From the IMG/VR virus record IMGVR_UViG_3300036985_006199, positions 1-57,972 of that record: 57,972 bases of DNA, one strand, 5' to 3'. Below, piece after piece: positions 48,308-57,250 of this stretch. This stretch comes from a virus (Duplodnaviria; Caudoviricetes). A program made the translations under genes and the position numbers. Below the pieces are notes generated by a model. That model had not been told where the DNA came from. It did no database searches and saw only the letters and a program-made list of their open reading frames with translations. Positions within the stretch are counted from its first letter, which is position 1; each line of letters starts with the position of its first letter.

Positions 48308-48676
48308 CTACCCCCATACCAGATCGGTGTTGAGTGTGATGCACGTTGTGACGACCTTGAGCAGGCCGTGAAGGCGCTCGCGCTCGCGCTCCTCGGTGGT
48401 CCCGCACATGACGACTGCGCCGCGACCTGGGCCGGGACGTTGGACCAGATCGTCCTCGCAATGATAGACCTCACGCTGGTTCAGGGCGCGGAGCAGGCGC
48501 TGGGCCACGGCGTGGAGGTCGATGACGGGGGCCTCGCCGCAGGGCTCGTTGGGGAGTCCCGCGAGGTCCAGCATGCGGGCCGCGTTGCCGTTGGCGAAGT
48601 TGATCCACGCCTGGGGCTCGGGGCCGTAGGGGCCGTCCACGTTGGGGCACTCGCGGGGCTGGAATGTGACGCTCAT
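48308..48676 (-). CDS. hypothetical protein
   Basis: GAGGAGG RBS; coupled to the upstream gene. Confidence 0.6.
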   Translation of the reverse strand: MSVTFQPRECPNVDGPYGPEPQAWINFANGNAARMLDLAGLPNEPCGEAPVIDLHAVAQRLLRALNQREVYHCEDDLVQRPGPGRGAVVMCGTTEERERERLHGLLKVVTTCITLNTDLVWG

Positions 48677-48903
48677 GCGGCCTCCTCGGTGGCCGGGATG
48701 AACCGGCAGCCGGGGACGGTGGCCACGATGTCGGCCAGCGTCCCGTAGCGGATGATCATGGGCTGATCCTTGTGGTCATACTCCCCATCGTCCTTGTCGG
48801 CGAGGCGTACGTCGTAGAGGATCATGCCCTCGGGAATGGCCCAGGCGATGTCGTGGTCGTCGCGGTCGTAGATGCTGGCAATGATTGTCTTCTCGATGAG
48901 CAT
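48673..48903 (-). CDS. hypothetical protein
   Basis: GGAGG RBS then MLIEKT. Confidence 0.55.
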   Translation of the reverse strand: MLIEKTIIASIYDRDDHDIAWAIPEGMILYDVRLADKDDGEYDHKDQPMIIRYGTLADIVATVPGCRFIPATEEAA

Positions 48904-48946
48904 GGCGTCCTCCGAGCGGTCATCGCGACCGCCATCCGTGTCTCTC

Positions 48947-48974
48947 AATTTAACCGCTGAGTTGCGTTTGTCAA
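48947..48974 (-). promoter_or_regulatory. early promoter
   Basis: TTGACAAACGC...16 nt...TAAATT-GAGAGACA on the minus strand. Confidence 0.7.
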
Positions 48975-49011
48975 TCGCACAGTTGGGGGACGGTTGGGGG
49001 ATCGGGCGAGA

Positions 49012-49041
49012 TTGACAGTGGGTGGGCGCGTTGAGTACGAT
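49012..49041 (+). promoter_or_regulatory. divergent promoter for the RHH gene/tail genes
   Basis: TTGACA-18 nt-TACGAT. Confidence 0.5.
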
Positions 49042-49078
49042 AGGCGCAAGATGTGAGTGAGGTGTGCGCAAGAGAGGC

Positions 49079-49282
49079 ATGTACATGCGGCTGAACGTGG
49101 AGTGCCAGGATGACCTGTTGGACGAGTTTCGCGCACGCGCGGAGGCGTTGGGTCGTTCCGTGTCGGACGTGACCCGCGAGCTGATCGTGGGGTGGGTACG
49201 GCAGGAGCGGCGCGCGGAATCGGAGCGCCTGACTCTGGATGCACAGCGTAAACAAGCAGGAGGGTCAACCACCGTCGTTTGA
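49079..49282 (+). CDS. ribbon-helix-helix (CopG-like) DNA-binding protein
   Basis: RLNVECQDDLLDEFRARAEALGRSVSDVTRELI; its 3' end runs into the IS left end. Confidence 0.7.
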   Translation: MYMRLNVECQDDLLDEFRARAEALGRSVSDVTRELIVGWVRQERRAESERLTLDAQRKQAGGSTTVV

Positions 49283-49515
49283 AGACGACGGCTTGTGAGG
49301 AGTAGCAGAGCCAGTGCGAAACGAGCGAGTTAAACGGGAGACTAGCGTGGGCAAGATCGGGTCGAGAGATCCGGTCGTTGGAAGCCAACTGAACGAGCTG
49401 CCCGTGGCAGAGCGCGGTACGTCTGAGATGCTACCCAAGTCCCAGACCTCTACGTTCGTCAGTCGCGATGGGGAACAGAGACGAGTTCAAGGGTCTCGGC
49501 TTACAGCGACAAAAA
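49264..49515 (+). ncRNA. omegaRNA (HEARO-like) scaffold
   Basis: ~250 nt between the IS left end and the PLMP start, with typical GACTAGC and ATGCTACCCAAGTCC segments; boundaries approximate. Confidence 0.65.
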
Positions 49516-49517
49516 CC

Positions 49518-50549
49518 TTGGTGCCGGTGTTGGGAGTAGAACGAGAGCCGTTGATGCCGACGACGCCATCGCGGGCGCGGCGGTGGATCAGAGACGGGAA
49601 GGCGACGCCCTTTTACAACAAGGGGATCTTCTGTGTGCGGTTGAACGTGGAGACGGGGAAAGCGGTGCAGGAAATTGCGTGCGGGATTGATCCTGGAAGT
49701 AAAAAAGAGGGTTTCACGGTGAAGTCGGCGGCGCACACGTTTTTGAACATTCAGGCGGATGCCGTAACGTGGGTTCGTGATGCGGTGGAAGCACGGCAGA
49801 ACATGCGACGGGCGCGGCGGTTTCGGAACACGCCGTGTCGAAAGCAACGAGAGAATCGGGCGCGTGGTGGATTGCCACCCTCGACGAAAGCGCGGTGGCA
49901 GTGGAAGTTGCGGCTGGCGACGTGGTTGCAGATGGTCTATCCGATTTCGTGTTTTGTGGTGGAGGACATCAAGGCGAAGACCAAGGGACAGCGGCGATGG
50001 GATCGGTCGTTCAGTCCGCTGGAGGTAGGGAAACAGTGGTTTTACGGAGAGCTGTCTGGCCTTGGAAAAGTGGAATTGAAGCAAGGATGGGAGACGGCGG
50101 AACTGCGGTTGCATGCTGGGTTAAAGAAGACGAAAAAGAAGATGGACGCGGTGTTTGATGCACATTGCGTGGACAGTTGGGTGCTGGCGAATTGGTTTGT
50201 GGGCGGGCACATCAAGCCAGACAATGAAAGTCTGCTACTTGTAACACCGTTACAGTTTCACAGACGGCAACTGCATGCGTTGCAACCGGCGAGTGGTGGG
50301 GCGCGGCGGTCATACGGTGGAACGCGAAGTCTTGGGTTGAAGCGGGGATCCGTGGTGATGCATCCCAAATATGGAAGGACGTATGTGGGCGGCACGAGCA
50401 ATGGTCGGATCAGTTTGCATTCTGTGGAAACAGGGAAGCGACTAGCGCAAAACGTAAATGTATTCGATTGTCGGTTTGTAACCTACAGCACATGGAGGAC
50501 GGCACTTCCTCTGCCAGCTAAAGCAGGCAGTTTCCGTGCCGGGGAGTAG
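49518..50549 (+). CDS. isrB: IsrB RNA-guided nickase (PLMP + RuvC, no HNH)
   Basis: EPLMPT, GIDPGSK (RuvC-I), RRARRFR bridge helix, VVEDIK (RuvC-II), HCVDS (RuvC-III); no HNH; start approximate. Confidence 0.8.
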   Translation: MVPVLGVEREPLMPTTPSRARRWIRDGKATPFYNKGIFCVRLNVETGKAVQEIACGIDPGSKKEGFTVKSAAHTFLNIQADAVTWVRDAVEARQNMRRARRFRNTPCRKQRENRARGGLPPSTKARWQWKLRLATWLQMVYPISCFVVEDIKAKTKGQRRWDRSFSPLEVGKQWFYGELSGLGKVELKQGWETAELRLHAGLKKTKKKMDAVFDAHCVDSWVLANWFVGGHIKPDNESLLLVTPLQFHRRQLHALQPASGGARRSYGGTRSLGLKRGSVVMHPKYGRTYVGGTSNGRISLHSVETGKRLAQNVNVFDCRFVTYSTWRTALPLPAKAGSFRAGE

Positions 50550-51374
50550 ATGATGATGGCTGACGAGACACAGGTGGAGATCAAGGACGTCGCGCTGACC
50601 AAGGGACACATGATGGACGTGGGGGCGAGCGCGCTGGCGGTGGAGCTGCCGTGCGGCTACCTCGACGACGCGGGGGTGGTGCATCGCGACCTTGTGGTGA
50701 CGGAGATGACCGGCTACGAGGAGGACTTGCTCGCGGGCAAGGGGCCGGTCCTGCCGCGCCTGAACCAGATCATCGCGAACTGCACCAAGCGGATTGGATC
50801 TGTGGAGGATCGTGCTGGCATCAGCCAAGCGGTGAGCACGTTGACGGCCAGTGATCGCATGATGGCGCTCCTGTCGATCCGGCGGGTGTCTCTGGGCGAT
50901 TTCTACGACGTGAAAGTGCAGTGCCCGAACTCCGAGTGCAAGGAGGAGGTGCGGTACGCGCTGAATCTGGCGGAGGTGGAGACGCATGCCATGGAAGACC
51001 CCACGGTGCGCGCGTTCGATCACACGCTGAAGTCGGGCAAGGCGGTGAAGTGGCACATCATGTCGAGCACGGACGAGGAGTGGTTGACCACCAAGACCAA
51101 GAAGAAGGAGGACGTGCTGACGCTGGGCCTGCTGGCGCGGGTGGACTCCATTGATGGTGTGGCGGTCAATCGCGAGGAAAAGCACCTGCGCGTGGCGATG
51201 GCCGCGCTCAAGGCGCTCCCCACGCGGGACCGGAACGAGATCCGCGAGCTGTTTGAGAAGTACGAGGGGCACGTCGACACCAATGTCGACTTTTCGTGTC
51301 CGTCGTGTCAGCATGAATGGAAGGCCGAACTGAGTCTGGGACAGCCGAGTTTTTTCTTCCCATCGGCCTCGTAG
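50550..51374 (+). CDS. tail assembly chaperone / baseplate hub assembly protein (gp26-like)
   Basis: ELPCG, MTGYEEDLL, DR...LLSIRRVSLG, CPxxxC and CPSC motifs; located before the tape measure gene; slippery T TTT TTC at 51350. Confidence 0.7.
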   Translation: MMMADETQVEIKDVALTKGHMMDVGASALAVELPCGYLDDAGVVHRDLVVTEMTGYEEDLLAGKGPVLPRLNQIIANCTKRIGSVEDRAGISQAVSTLTASDRMMALLSIRRVSLGDFYDVKVQCPNSECKEEVRYALNLAEVETHAMEDPTVRAFDHTLKSGKAVKWHIMSSTDEEWLTTKTKKKEDVLTLGLLARVDSIDGVAVNREEKHLRVAMAALKALPTRDRNEIRELFEKYEGHVDTNVDFSCPSCQHEWKAELSLGQPSFFFPSAS

Positions 51375-51568
51375 AGGCGCTGGAAGCGGAGGTCTTCTTC
51401 CTGATGGAGCTACAGGGCGGCACGTACAACAGCGTGATGGCCATGCCCTACAGCCGCCGTCGGCGGTTTGTGGAGCAGAAGCAGACGCTGGAGACCAGCC
51501 GCCGCGCCAACGAGGAACAGGCCGCCGCCCGCGCTCGCATGCGGTCGCGCACGCGAGGCAGACGGTAG
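51350..51568 (+). CDS. -1 frameshift extension of the tail chaperone (G/GT-like)
   Basis: Heptamer T TTT TTC in the correct phase; -1 frame reads FLPIGLVEALEAEVFFLME...MPYSRRRRF. Confidence 0.7.
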   Translation, partial: FFLPIGLVEALEAEVFFLMELQGGTYNSVMAMPYSRRRRFVEQKQTLETSRRANEEQAAARARMRSRTRGRR

Positions 51569-51598
51569 GACGCGAACCCGGGTTCGCGTGGAGGACGC

Positions 51599-54500
51599 AT
51601 GAACCTGCTAGGGATCACCTGGGGCATGGGCGCGCGGGACGTCGGCATGAAGGCCGCCGTGGATTCGGCCCAGAAGGGGCTGAACAACCTCAACGACGGG
51701 TTAGAGCGCCAGTCCAAGATCGCCTCCAAGTCCAAGATGGCAGGGTTCTTTGACGGGATAAAGAACAGCGTAAAAAACTTCAACATCGCTTCCATTGCGT
51801 CCGATATCAATTCGCTGACTGGTGATACTGGAAATCTGAGTAGCTCCTTGGAGTCCATGGGCGTGGCCAATGCGAAGGCGGCGGCGCCTTTTGTGGCATC
51901 TATGAACCTGAGTGCGGACGCCGCACGTAAGATGACCAGTCGGATCTCGGGCATGGCCATCGGTATGAACGTGGGGGCCGAGTCCGTGGCCAAGGTGTAC
52001 ACCGAGTTCAACCGCATGACCCCGGCGGCCAAGGAGACGGCCAAGGCGCTGGGCATGACCGAGAAGGACTTCGTGAAGTTCACGGAGACCACGGGCGTGT
52101 CGATAGAGGATCTGAACAGCTCGATCACGGACCTGACCGGGTCGTGGGGCATGGCACCAAAGAAGGTGGCCACGTTCCTGAATTCGATGACGGAGTTGGG
52201 CAAGAAGACGGGCATGGGCATGTCGCCGATCAAGGGCATGAAGGAGAACCTTCAGGCGCTGGACGACACGTTCGAGAAGTTGCCGCCGGGCATGCAGCGG
52301 ACCGGGGACGAGATCACGGCGCTGATGGAGAGTTCGGTGCGGCTGGCCGGGGCGTTTGCGGCGCAGGGCGCGAGCCAGGAAGACGCGATGAAGATGGGCG
52401 CGGACACCGCGAAGATGTTTGCGGAGCAGTCCACGCAGATCGAGCGTCTCATGAAGACAGGATTTGGGGCGGATAGCATTGAAGCAGCATCTCCGCTGAT
52501 CAAGTATCTGACTGGGCTGGGCATCGGATTTGATGAGGCCAAGGGCATCATCGACACTGGGTCGCGGGACACCGTAAAGGGCGTCCAGGCGATGCAGGCC
52601 GCGTTCACCAAGTACAACGTCACCGGGGCGCAGCAGCAGGCCATGCTATCCGGGCTGAGCGAGTCCATGGGCGAGAGCGTCAAGGGCCTTGGCTATTTGG
52701 CATCTGGTGGGGACGCGGCTGCTGCGAAACTCAAGGAGATGTCCGATGTCACGGTCGTGGGGAAGGACACCCTGAAGGCGTATGGGGACCAGGCGTTCCG
52801 TAGCGGGCGCACCTTGCAAGATGCGTATGATCTGGCGAAGGAAGGCTTCGATATGCAGATCAGGAGCATTTCGCGGGCCGACGTGAAGGGATTGATTGGG
52901 AGTAAGATGGGGGCCTTCCGTGAGGTGGGGAAAGAGATTAAGGCGCTGGCCGCTGATGATGGACCGATGGGAATGCTCGTGCGCGGCATGTCCACGTTCA
53001 AGCAAATGGGTATGGGTGGTGTGTTCCTTCAGGTTGGCAAGGCCATGGGCGTGAACGTGAAGGAAGCCCAGAAGATGTCCATTAAGTACAGCCTGGCCTT
53101 TGAGACCATGCAGGGTTTCGCAAAGGAACTCGGCCCGGTGATGAGTTTGATTGGCCAGTTCGGACCCATGGGCATTGCCGCAGGAGGCATCGTTGGGTTC
53201 TTCATGCTGAGTGATGCAGACCGTTCAAAGATCTTGGAGTCCCTTGGGCCGCTATGGGAGAAGGCCAAGGCGATGGCTAGTGATCTTTGGTATGGGACAA
53301 AGGGTAAGACTGGAATCAAGCAAGGGCTGATTGACGCGTGGGACGATTTCTCGACGTATGTGCAAGGACAGTGGCCCGAATGGAAAGAGAACATCAAGAC
53401 GTTGTTCTCTTGGCTCGGCAAAGAGGTGCTTCCAGGGGTGATCGAGTTTGGGAAGACCGTCGCGGGTTCTGTTTTTAATGCGATTGTGGATCATTTCGGC
53501 ACTGGTGGCGTGCTCATCGGAGGGGCGTTTGCAGGCGCTATCATGGGCGCAAAATTTGGACCATGGGGCGGCCTGGTTGGGTTCGTTGCCGGATCGTTGA
53601 TTGCCGGGTCTGAGGCGGCCATCTCAGATGCTGAGAAGCGCATCAAGGGGTTCGAGGACGCGCAGAAGGCGAGCAAGGAAGCGGCAAAGATGTCGGAACT
53701 TGCCGGTTCCCAGGAAATCCAAGATCGCCGCATGGCAGACCTTGAGAAGCTCAAGCAGGCGTACTTGGACACGCAGTATAAGATCACGGGGTCCATGTAT
53801 TTCCCAGAGGGGGATATTGAGAATGACCAGGGGTTCATAAAGTTCCGCGATTCGTTCAATCAGGCGATTGGTTCAATGAAGACTAATCCCGTTGATTGGA
53901 CAAAGATCGTCGGGGGTCCAGACATTGGCAAGGCACTGGTAGAACAGCAGATGCAGGGGGTAATGGCTGCACAGGAGGCTAGCCGTGCTGAGATGGTCGC
54001 CAGTGGTAGCAAGGCAATAAAAGGATACGGCATTGCTGGGAAAGCCGTGTGGGCATTGGGCGGGGCTCTTGGTGCTCCTTTGGCAGAGGGCATACAGTCG
54101 ATGTTCGACGCTGGTGTCATCCAGGAGAAGATGGATGCAGAGATAGCCAAGATCGATGCGGGTGGGAAGGTGACGGGGCAGCAGACGCTCATGGAGCAGT
54201 TCGCTGGAGTGCAGCACTTCCCCGAGGTGCAGGCGATGTTTGCGCAGTTGCAACAGCAGGGTGCAAGCGCAACGGATTACTTGAAAGCTGCCCAGGAGGC
54301 TGTATCGAAATACAGCAAGACGGCGGCCACCGACTCCGCCCAGGCCATGGTGAATGCTCAGTCGATCAACGGACAGTTGTTTGTCACATTTGAGGGGCTT
54401 CAGGATAACCTAAGTGGCGTTGCTACAATGCTTGGCACGGACAAGACGACGTTGTTGCAGAAGGCAGTTGAAGAGGGCCTGAGCCTGGGGACAGTGATTG

Positions 54501-55507
54501 TGCGTGTCGCCGCTGACCTTGGGCGGATGACTGGTCAGAACGTGGTACTGATCGAGCCAGACCAGTTGTCCATGCTCAAGGAAGCCACGGGCATGGCCGG
54601 AGAATACATTGGCCAACTCAAGTCTGTGGGAGGGATTTCCGACAAAGAGGCGGCATATATCCAGGACAACGCCGAGTGGTATGTGGAATCTGGGCCGAGG
54701 ATGTCCGAGGAAGGCAAGGACATCATGGGCAATGCCCTTCCGACTGTGCAAGCCGCGCCGGAGAACCCGCTTATTGCTGCTGCCGGGGCTTTTGCGCAGC
54801 AGGTTAAGGGGACGATGGGTGAAGTTGGTAGCGCGATGTCTGTTGTGGCCAGTGGATTCAAGGCGCAGAACGAGATCATAGCCAAGGAGGCGAGTATCGC
54901 GGGAAAGGCTATTGTGGTCGCGGAGGGGAGTGGAATTTCGGATAATGCGTGGGTGATCTCTGAATCGGCGGACGCGGCTGCACAGCTTGCCAAGGATCGA
55001 CTTGGAGCATCATCGCCAATCATCGACGGGCCACTTGCAGGAGTTGGCAGTTTTGGTGAGGGCGATCCGGCATGGCGCGCGGGTCGTACGTTGATGGAGT
55101 CGTTCGCGGCGGGCATTGACGGTGGGGCGATGATCGTGGCCGACGCGGTGGCGCGCGTGCTGGACGAGTCGGTGATCGCCACCTTCGATACCTACAAGGC
55201 GAAGATGGAGGAGATCGCCAAGAAGAAGAGCCTGCTGCAAGATGTGGCATCCATGATGGTGCGTGACTTCGGCGGAAACCTGGAGAGCACGATCACGATT
55301 GACGATAAGACGGAGGACGTGAAGAGCACTATGAAGGCCATGCTGAACATTCCTGGCCTGGCCGGGGTGACCATGGCGATCATCAACGAGAGCGCGAAGC
55401 AGCGGGCGATCTTGGACAAGATCCGAGGGTTCACGCAGACCATCGCGGAGAGTGAATTCGTGACCAAGGGCGGGACGCCGACGACGGCGCCCGTGCTAGG
55501 AGGCTGA
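51599..55507 (+). CDS. tape measure protein
   Basis: 1302 aa, Ala/Gly/Met-rich helical protein with hydrophobic segments, after the chaperone genes. Confidence 0.85.
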   Translation: MNLLGITWGMGARDVGMKAAVDSAQKGLNNLNDGLERQSKIASKSKMAGFFDGIKNSVKNFNIASIASDINSLTGDTGNLSSSLESMGVANAKAAAPFVASMNLSADAARKMTSRISGMAIGMNVGAESVAKVYTEFNRMTPAAKETAKALGMTEKDFVKFTETTGVSIEDLNSSITDLTGSWGMAPKKVATFLNSMTELGKKTGMGMSPIKGMKENLQALDDTFEKLPPGMQRTGDEITALMESSVRLAGAFAAQGASQEDAMKMGADTAKMFAEQSTQIERLMKTGFGADSIEAASPLIKYLTGLGIGFDEAKGIIDTGSRDTVKGVQAMQAAFTKYNVTGAQQQAMLSGLSESMGESVKGLGYLASGGDAAAAKLKEMSDVTVVGKDTLKAYGDQAFRSGRTLQDAYDLAKEGFDMQIRSISRADVKGLIGSKMGAFREVGKEIKALAADDGPMGMLVRGMSTFKQMGMGGVFLQVGKAMGVNVKEAQKMSIKYSLAFETMQGFAKELGPVMSLIGQFGPMGIAAGGIVGFFMLSDADRSKILESLGPLWEKAKAMASDLWYGTKGKTGIKQGLIDAWDDFSTYVQGQWPEWKENIKTLFSWLGKEVLPGVIEFGKTVAGSVFNAIVDHFGTGGVLIGGAFAGAIMGAKFGPWGGLVGFVAGSLIAGSEAAISDAEKRIKGFEDAQKASKEAAKMSELAGSQEIQDRRMADLEKLKQAYLDTQYKITGSMYFPEGDIENDQGFIKFRDSFNQAIGSMKTNPVDWTKIVGGPDIGKALVEQQMQGVMAAQEASRAEMVASGSKAIKGYGIAGKAVWALGGALGAPLAEGIQSMFDAGVIQEKMDAEIAKIDAGGKVTGQQTLMEQFAGVQHFPEVQAMFAQLQQQGASATDYLKAAQEAVSKYSKTAATDSAQAMVNAQSINGQLFVTFEGLQDNLSGVATMLGTDKTTLLQKAVEEGLSLGTVIVRVAADLGRMTGQNVVLIEPDQLSMLKEATGMAGEYIGQLKSVGGISDKEAAYIQDNAEWYVESGPRMSEEGKDIMGNALPTVQAAPENPLIAAAGAFAQQVKGTMGEVGSAMSVVASGFKAQNEIIAKEASIAGKAIVVAEGSGISDNAWVISESADAAAQLAKDRLGASSPIIDGPLAGVGSFGEGDPAWRAGRTLMESFAAGIDGGAMIVADAVARVLDESVIATFDTYKAKMEEIAKKKSLLQDVASMMVRDFGGNLESTITIDDKTEDVKSTMKAMLNIPGLAGVTMAIINESAKQRAILDKIRGFTQTIAESEFVTKGGTPTTAPVLGG

Positions 55508-55510
55508 TAG

Positions 55511-55876
55511 ATGCCTGCACCGACCCCGACCATTCCCAAGCGAGTGCTCACGGCGACCTCGGGATCGCCCATGCGGTTCATGGATGAGGAGGTCATCTGG
55601 GATCTGGAGCAGGGGTCGCCCGTGCGGTTCCGTCGCCCGTTCGAGATGCCCAACTGGGAGGGCGTGACTGACAACGAGGTGGAATACGTCGTCGAGGATC
55701 CGTGGATGCGGATGGACATCCTGGCCAAGCGGTTCTACGGCAACGAGGAGATGGGGTGGGTCATCGCGGCGCGCAACAACATGGACCTGCCGGACGTCGA
55801 GTTGTACCCGGGGCGGCGGCTGAAGATCCCCACGCGGGCGTGGGTCGAGCGCGTGTTGCTCCGGCAGGGGAGATAG
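55511..55876 (+). CDS. baseplate LysM/tail-X-like protein
   Basis: RMDILAKRFYG...WVIAARN...LYPGRRLKIP. Confidence 0.75.
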   Translation: MPAPTPTIPKRVLTATSGSPMRFMDEEVIWDLEQGSPVRFRRPFEMPNWEGVTDNEVEYVVEDPWMRMDILAKRFYGNEEMGWVIAARNNMDLPDVELYPGRRLKIPTRAWVERVLLRQGR

Positions 55877-55879
55877 CGG

Positions 55880-57250
55880 ATGTTTACTGATCCGGTGGCG
55901 CAGATCGTCATTACGAACCCTGAAACGGGAAAGGTGTGGCAGTTCAGCGCGCCGGAGTTCCCGTTCGTGACAGGGGTGACTTTGGCCTTTGAGTTCGCGC
56001 GCAAGGCGTCCCTCCAGATCACGTTTGACGCTCCCTATGACGTGGCGATTGAAAAGCTCCTCTCCTTGGACTCGCCGTTCACGATGGGGAACCAGGTGCG
56101 GGCGCGGATCGGCTACGCGAAGCAGCCGGACTGGTGGACCGAGTGGTTCGATGGGTTCCTGGTAGCGGGCGGGGACGGGCTCACCATTGATCCGAACGGG
56201 ATGACCGGGACGATCACGGTGCAGGTGGTGTCGGATGGGGGCGGCTACACGGTGTCGCAGGAGATCGTGAAGACGACAGACCCGTACGATATGTTTATGC
56301 AGTGCGCGAAGGCGTTAGGTGCTGAGTTCAGGCCGTCTACCGATGCAACGAACCTCATGCAGGCGTTTACAGCGGCGTCTGGCAAGGAGACGACCGAGGC
56401 TGGTTGGAAGCCAGAGGCGTTCGCTGGGATGTTGGTCTGGGAGGCGGCTTCGGCGTTGGCGAAGATGGCGAATTTGAAGATGTGGATCGGTCCTAGACTG
56501 GAAAGTCCTGGAAGCGGTGTGCGTTTCTTGCATCTGGGGACAGAGGCGGAGTTGAGTAGCGGCATTCTGAGCCAGCTTAAACCGGCGGGAGAGGCGGGTG
56601 GGACAGGGGTGCGGCCGACGTTCCGTATGCGTGGGGTGGTGGATCTGAACACGTCGACCTTCCCGTGCCTGTCTTGGGCGCCGGAGGGGTCGGGATTTGC
56701 GTCCTGGCTCTCGACCAGCACGGGACAGTCGGGCAAGGGCGTGGAGAAGGTCTTCGTCAATCAAAAGACCGGGCTGATTGAGTCCGTGGTGGCGAAGGCG
56801 GCGGATCGCAAGGTGGCGACGGCGGGGGCGGTGGCGACGCCGGGCCAGGAGGACTCCAAGGCGACGGATGCCTCGGGCAAGGACGTCACCGGGGACGCAA
56901 AGAAGGCGGACGGAAAAGAGGCGGTGGTGACGAGCGGCCCGGTTCCGGAAGGGCCAGCGGGGACGGCTCGGGCGCAACTATCGGCGGAGGCCGAGCGTGA
57001 TGCGGGGAGCCCCTCGCAGGTGGGCGTCATCACATCGTTGGGGCTGCCGTGGGTGATCCCGTCCGAGCTGGTGTTTTTGCGCGGCTGCGGCGTTATCTAC
57101 GACGGTCCCTACTTGGTGGACAAGGCGACCCATACGTGGGGGCCGGGAAAGTACGAGATGACGCTGACGTGCCGTCGCCAGGGGGATGGCACAGGGCAGA
57201 AGACTGGCGAGAAGATCCAAACGCCCGTGGGCACGATGCCGGAGAAATAG
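55880..57250 (+). CDS. baseplate hub / late-control-D-like protein
   Basis: RIGY near the N-terminus; C-terminal GLPW..P...L.G.G..YDGPYLV....H...G.Y...L. Confidence 0.7.
   Translation: MFTDPVAQIVITNPETGKVWQFSAPEFPFVTGVTLAFEFARKASLQITFDAPYDVAIEKLLSLDSPFTMGNQVRARIGYAKQPDWWTEWFDGFLVAGGDGLTIDPNGMTGTITVQVVSDGGGYTVSQEIVKTTDPYDMFMQCAKALGAEFRPSTDATNLMQAFTAASGKETTEAGWKPEAFAGMLVWEAASALAKMANLKMWIGPRLESPGSGVRFLHLGTEAELSSGILSQLKPAGEAGGTGVRPTFRMRGVVDLNTSTFPCLSWAPEGSGFASWLSTSTGQSGKGVEKVFVNQKTGLIESVVAKAADRKVATAGAVATPGQEDSKATDASGKDVTGDAKKADGKEAVVTSGPVPEGPAGTARAQLSAEAERDAGSPSQVGVITSLGLPWVIPSELVFLRGCGVIYDGPYLVDKATHTWGPGKYEMTLTCRRQGDGTGQKTGEKIQTPVGTMPEK

Larger units (their letters stand above)
49264..50549 (+). 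mobile_element. IS200/IS605-family IsrB (OMEGA) element without TnpA
   Basis: Left end GTCAACCACCGTCGTTTGAAGACGACGGCTTG hairpin; right end TTCCTCTGCCAGCTAAAGCAGGCAGTTTCC hairpin; encloses omegaRNA region and isrB. Confidence 0.8.

Noticed and set aside
49314-49517. N-terminal extension of IsrB in the ORF track; also an IscB/Cas9 call
   Set aside because: The region is the omegaRNA scaffold and the protein family begins near PLMP. The absence of HNH indicates IsrB.
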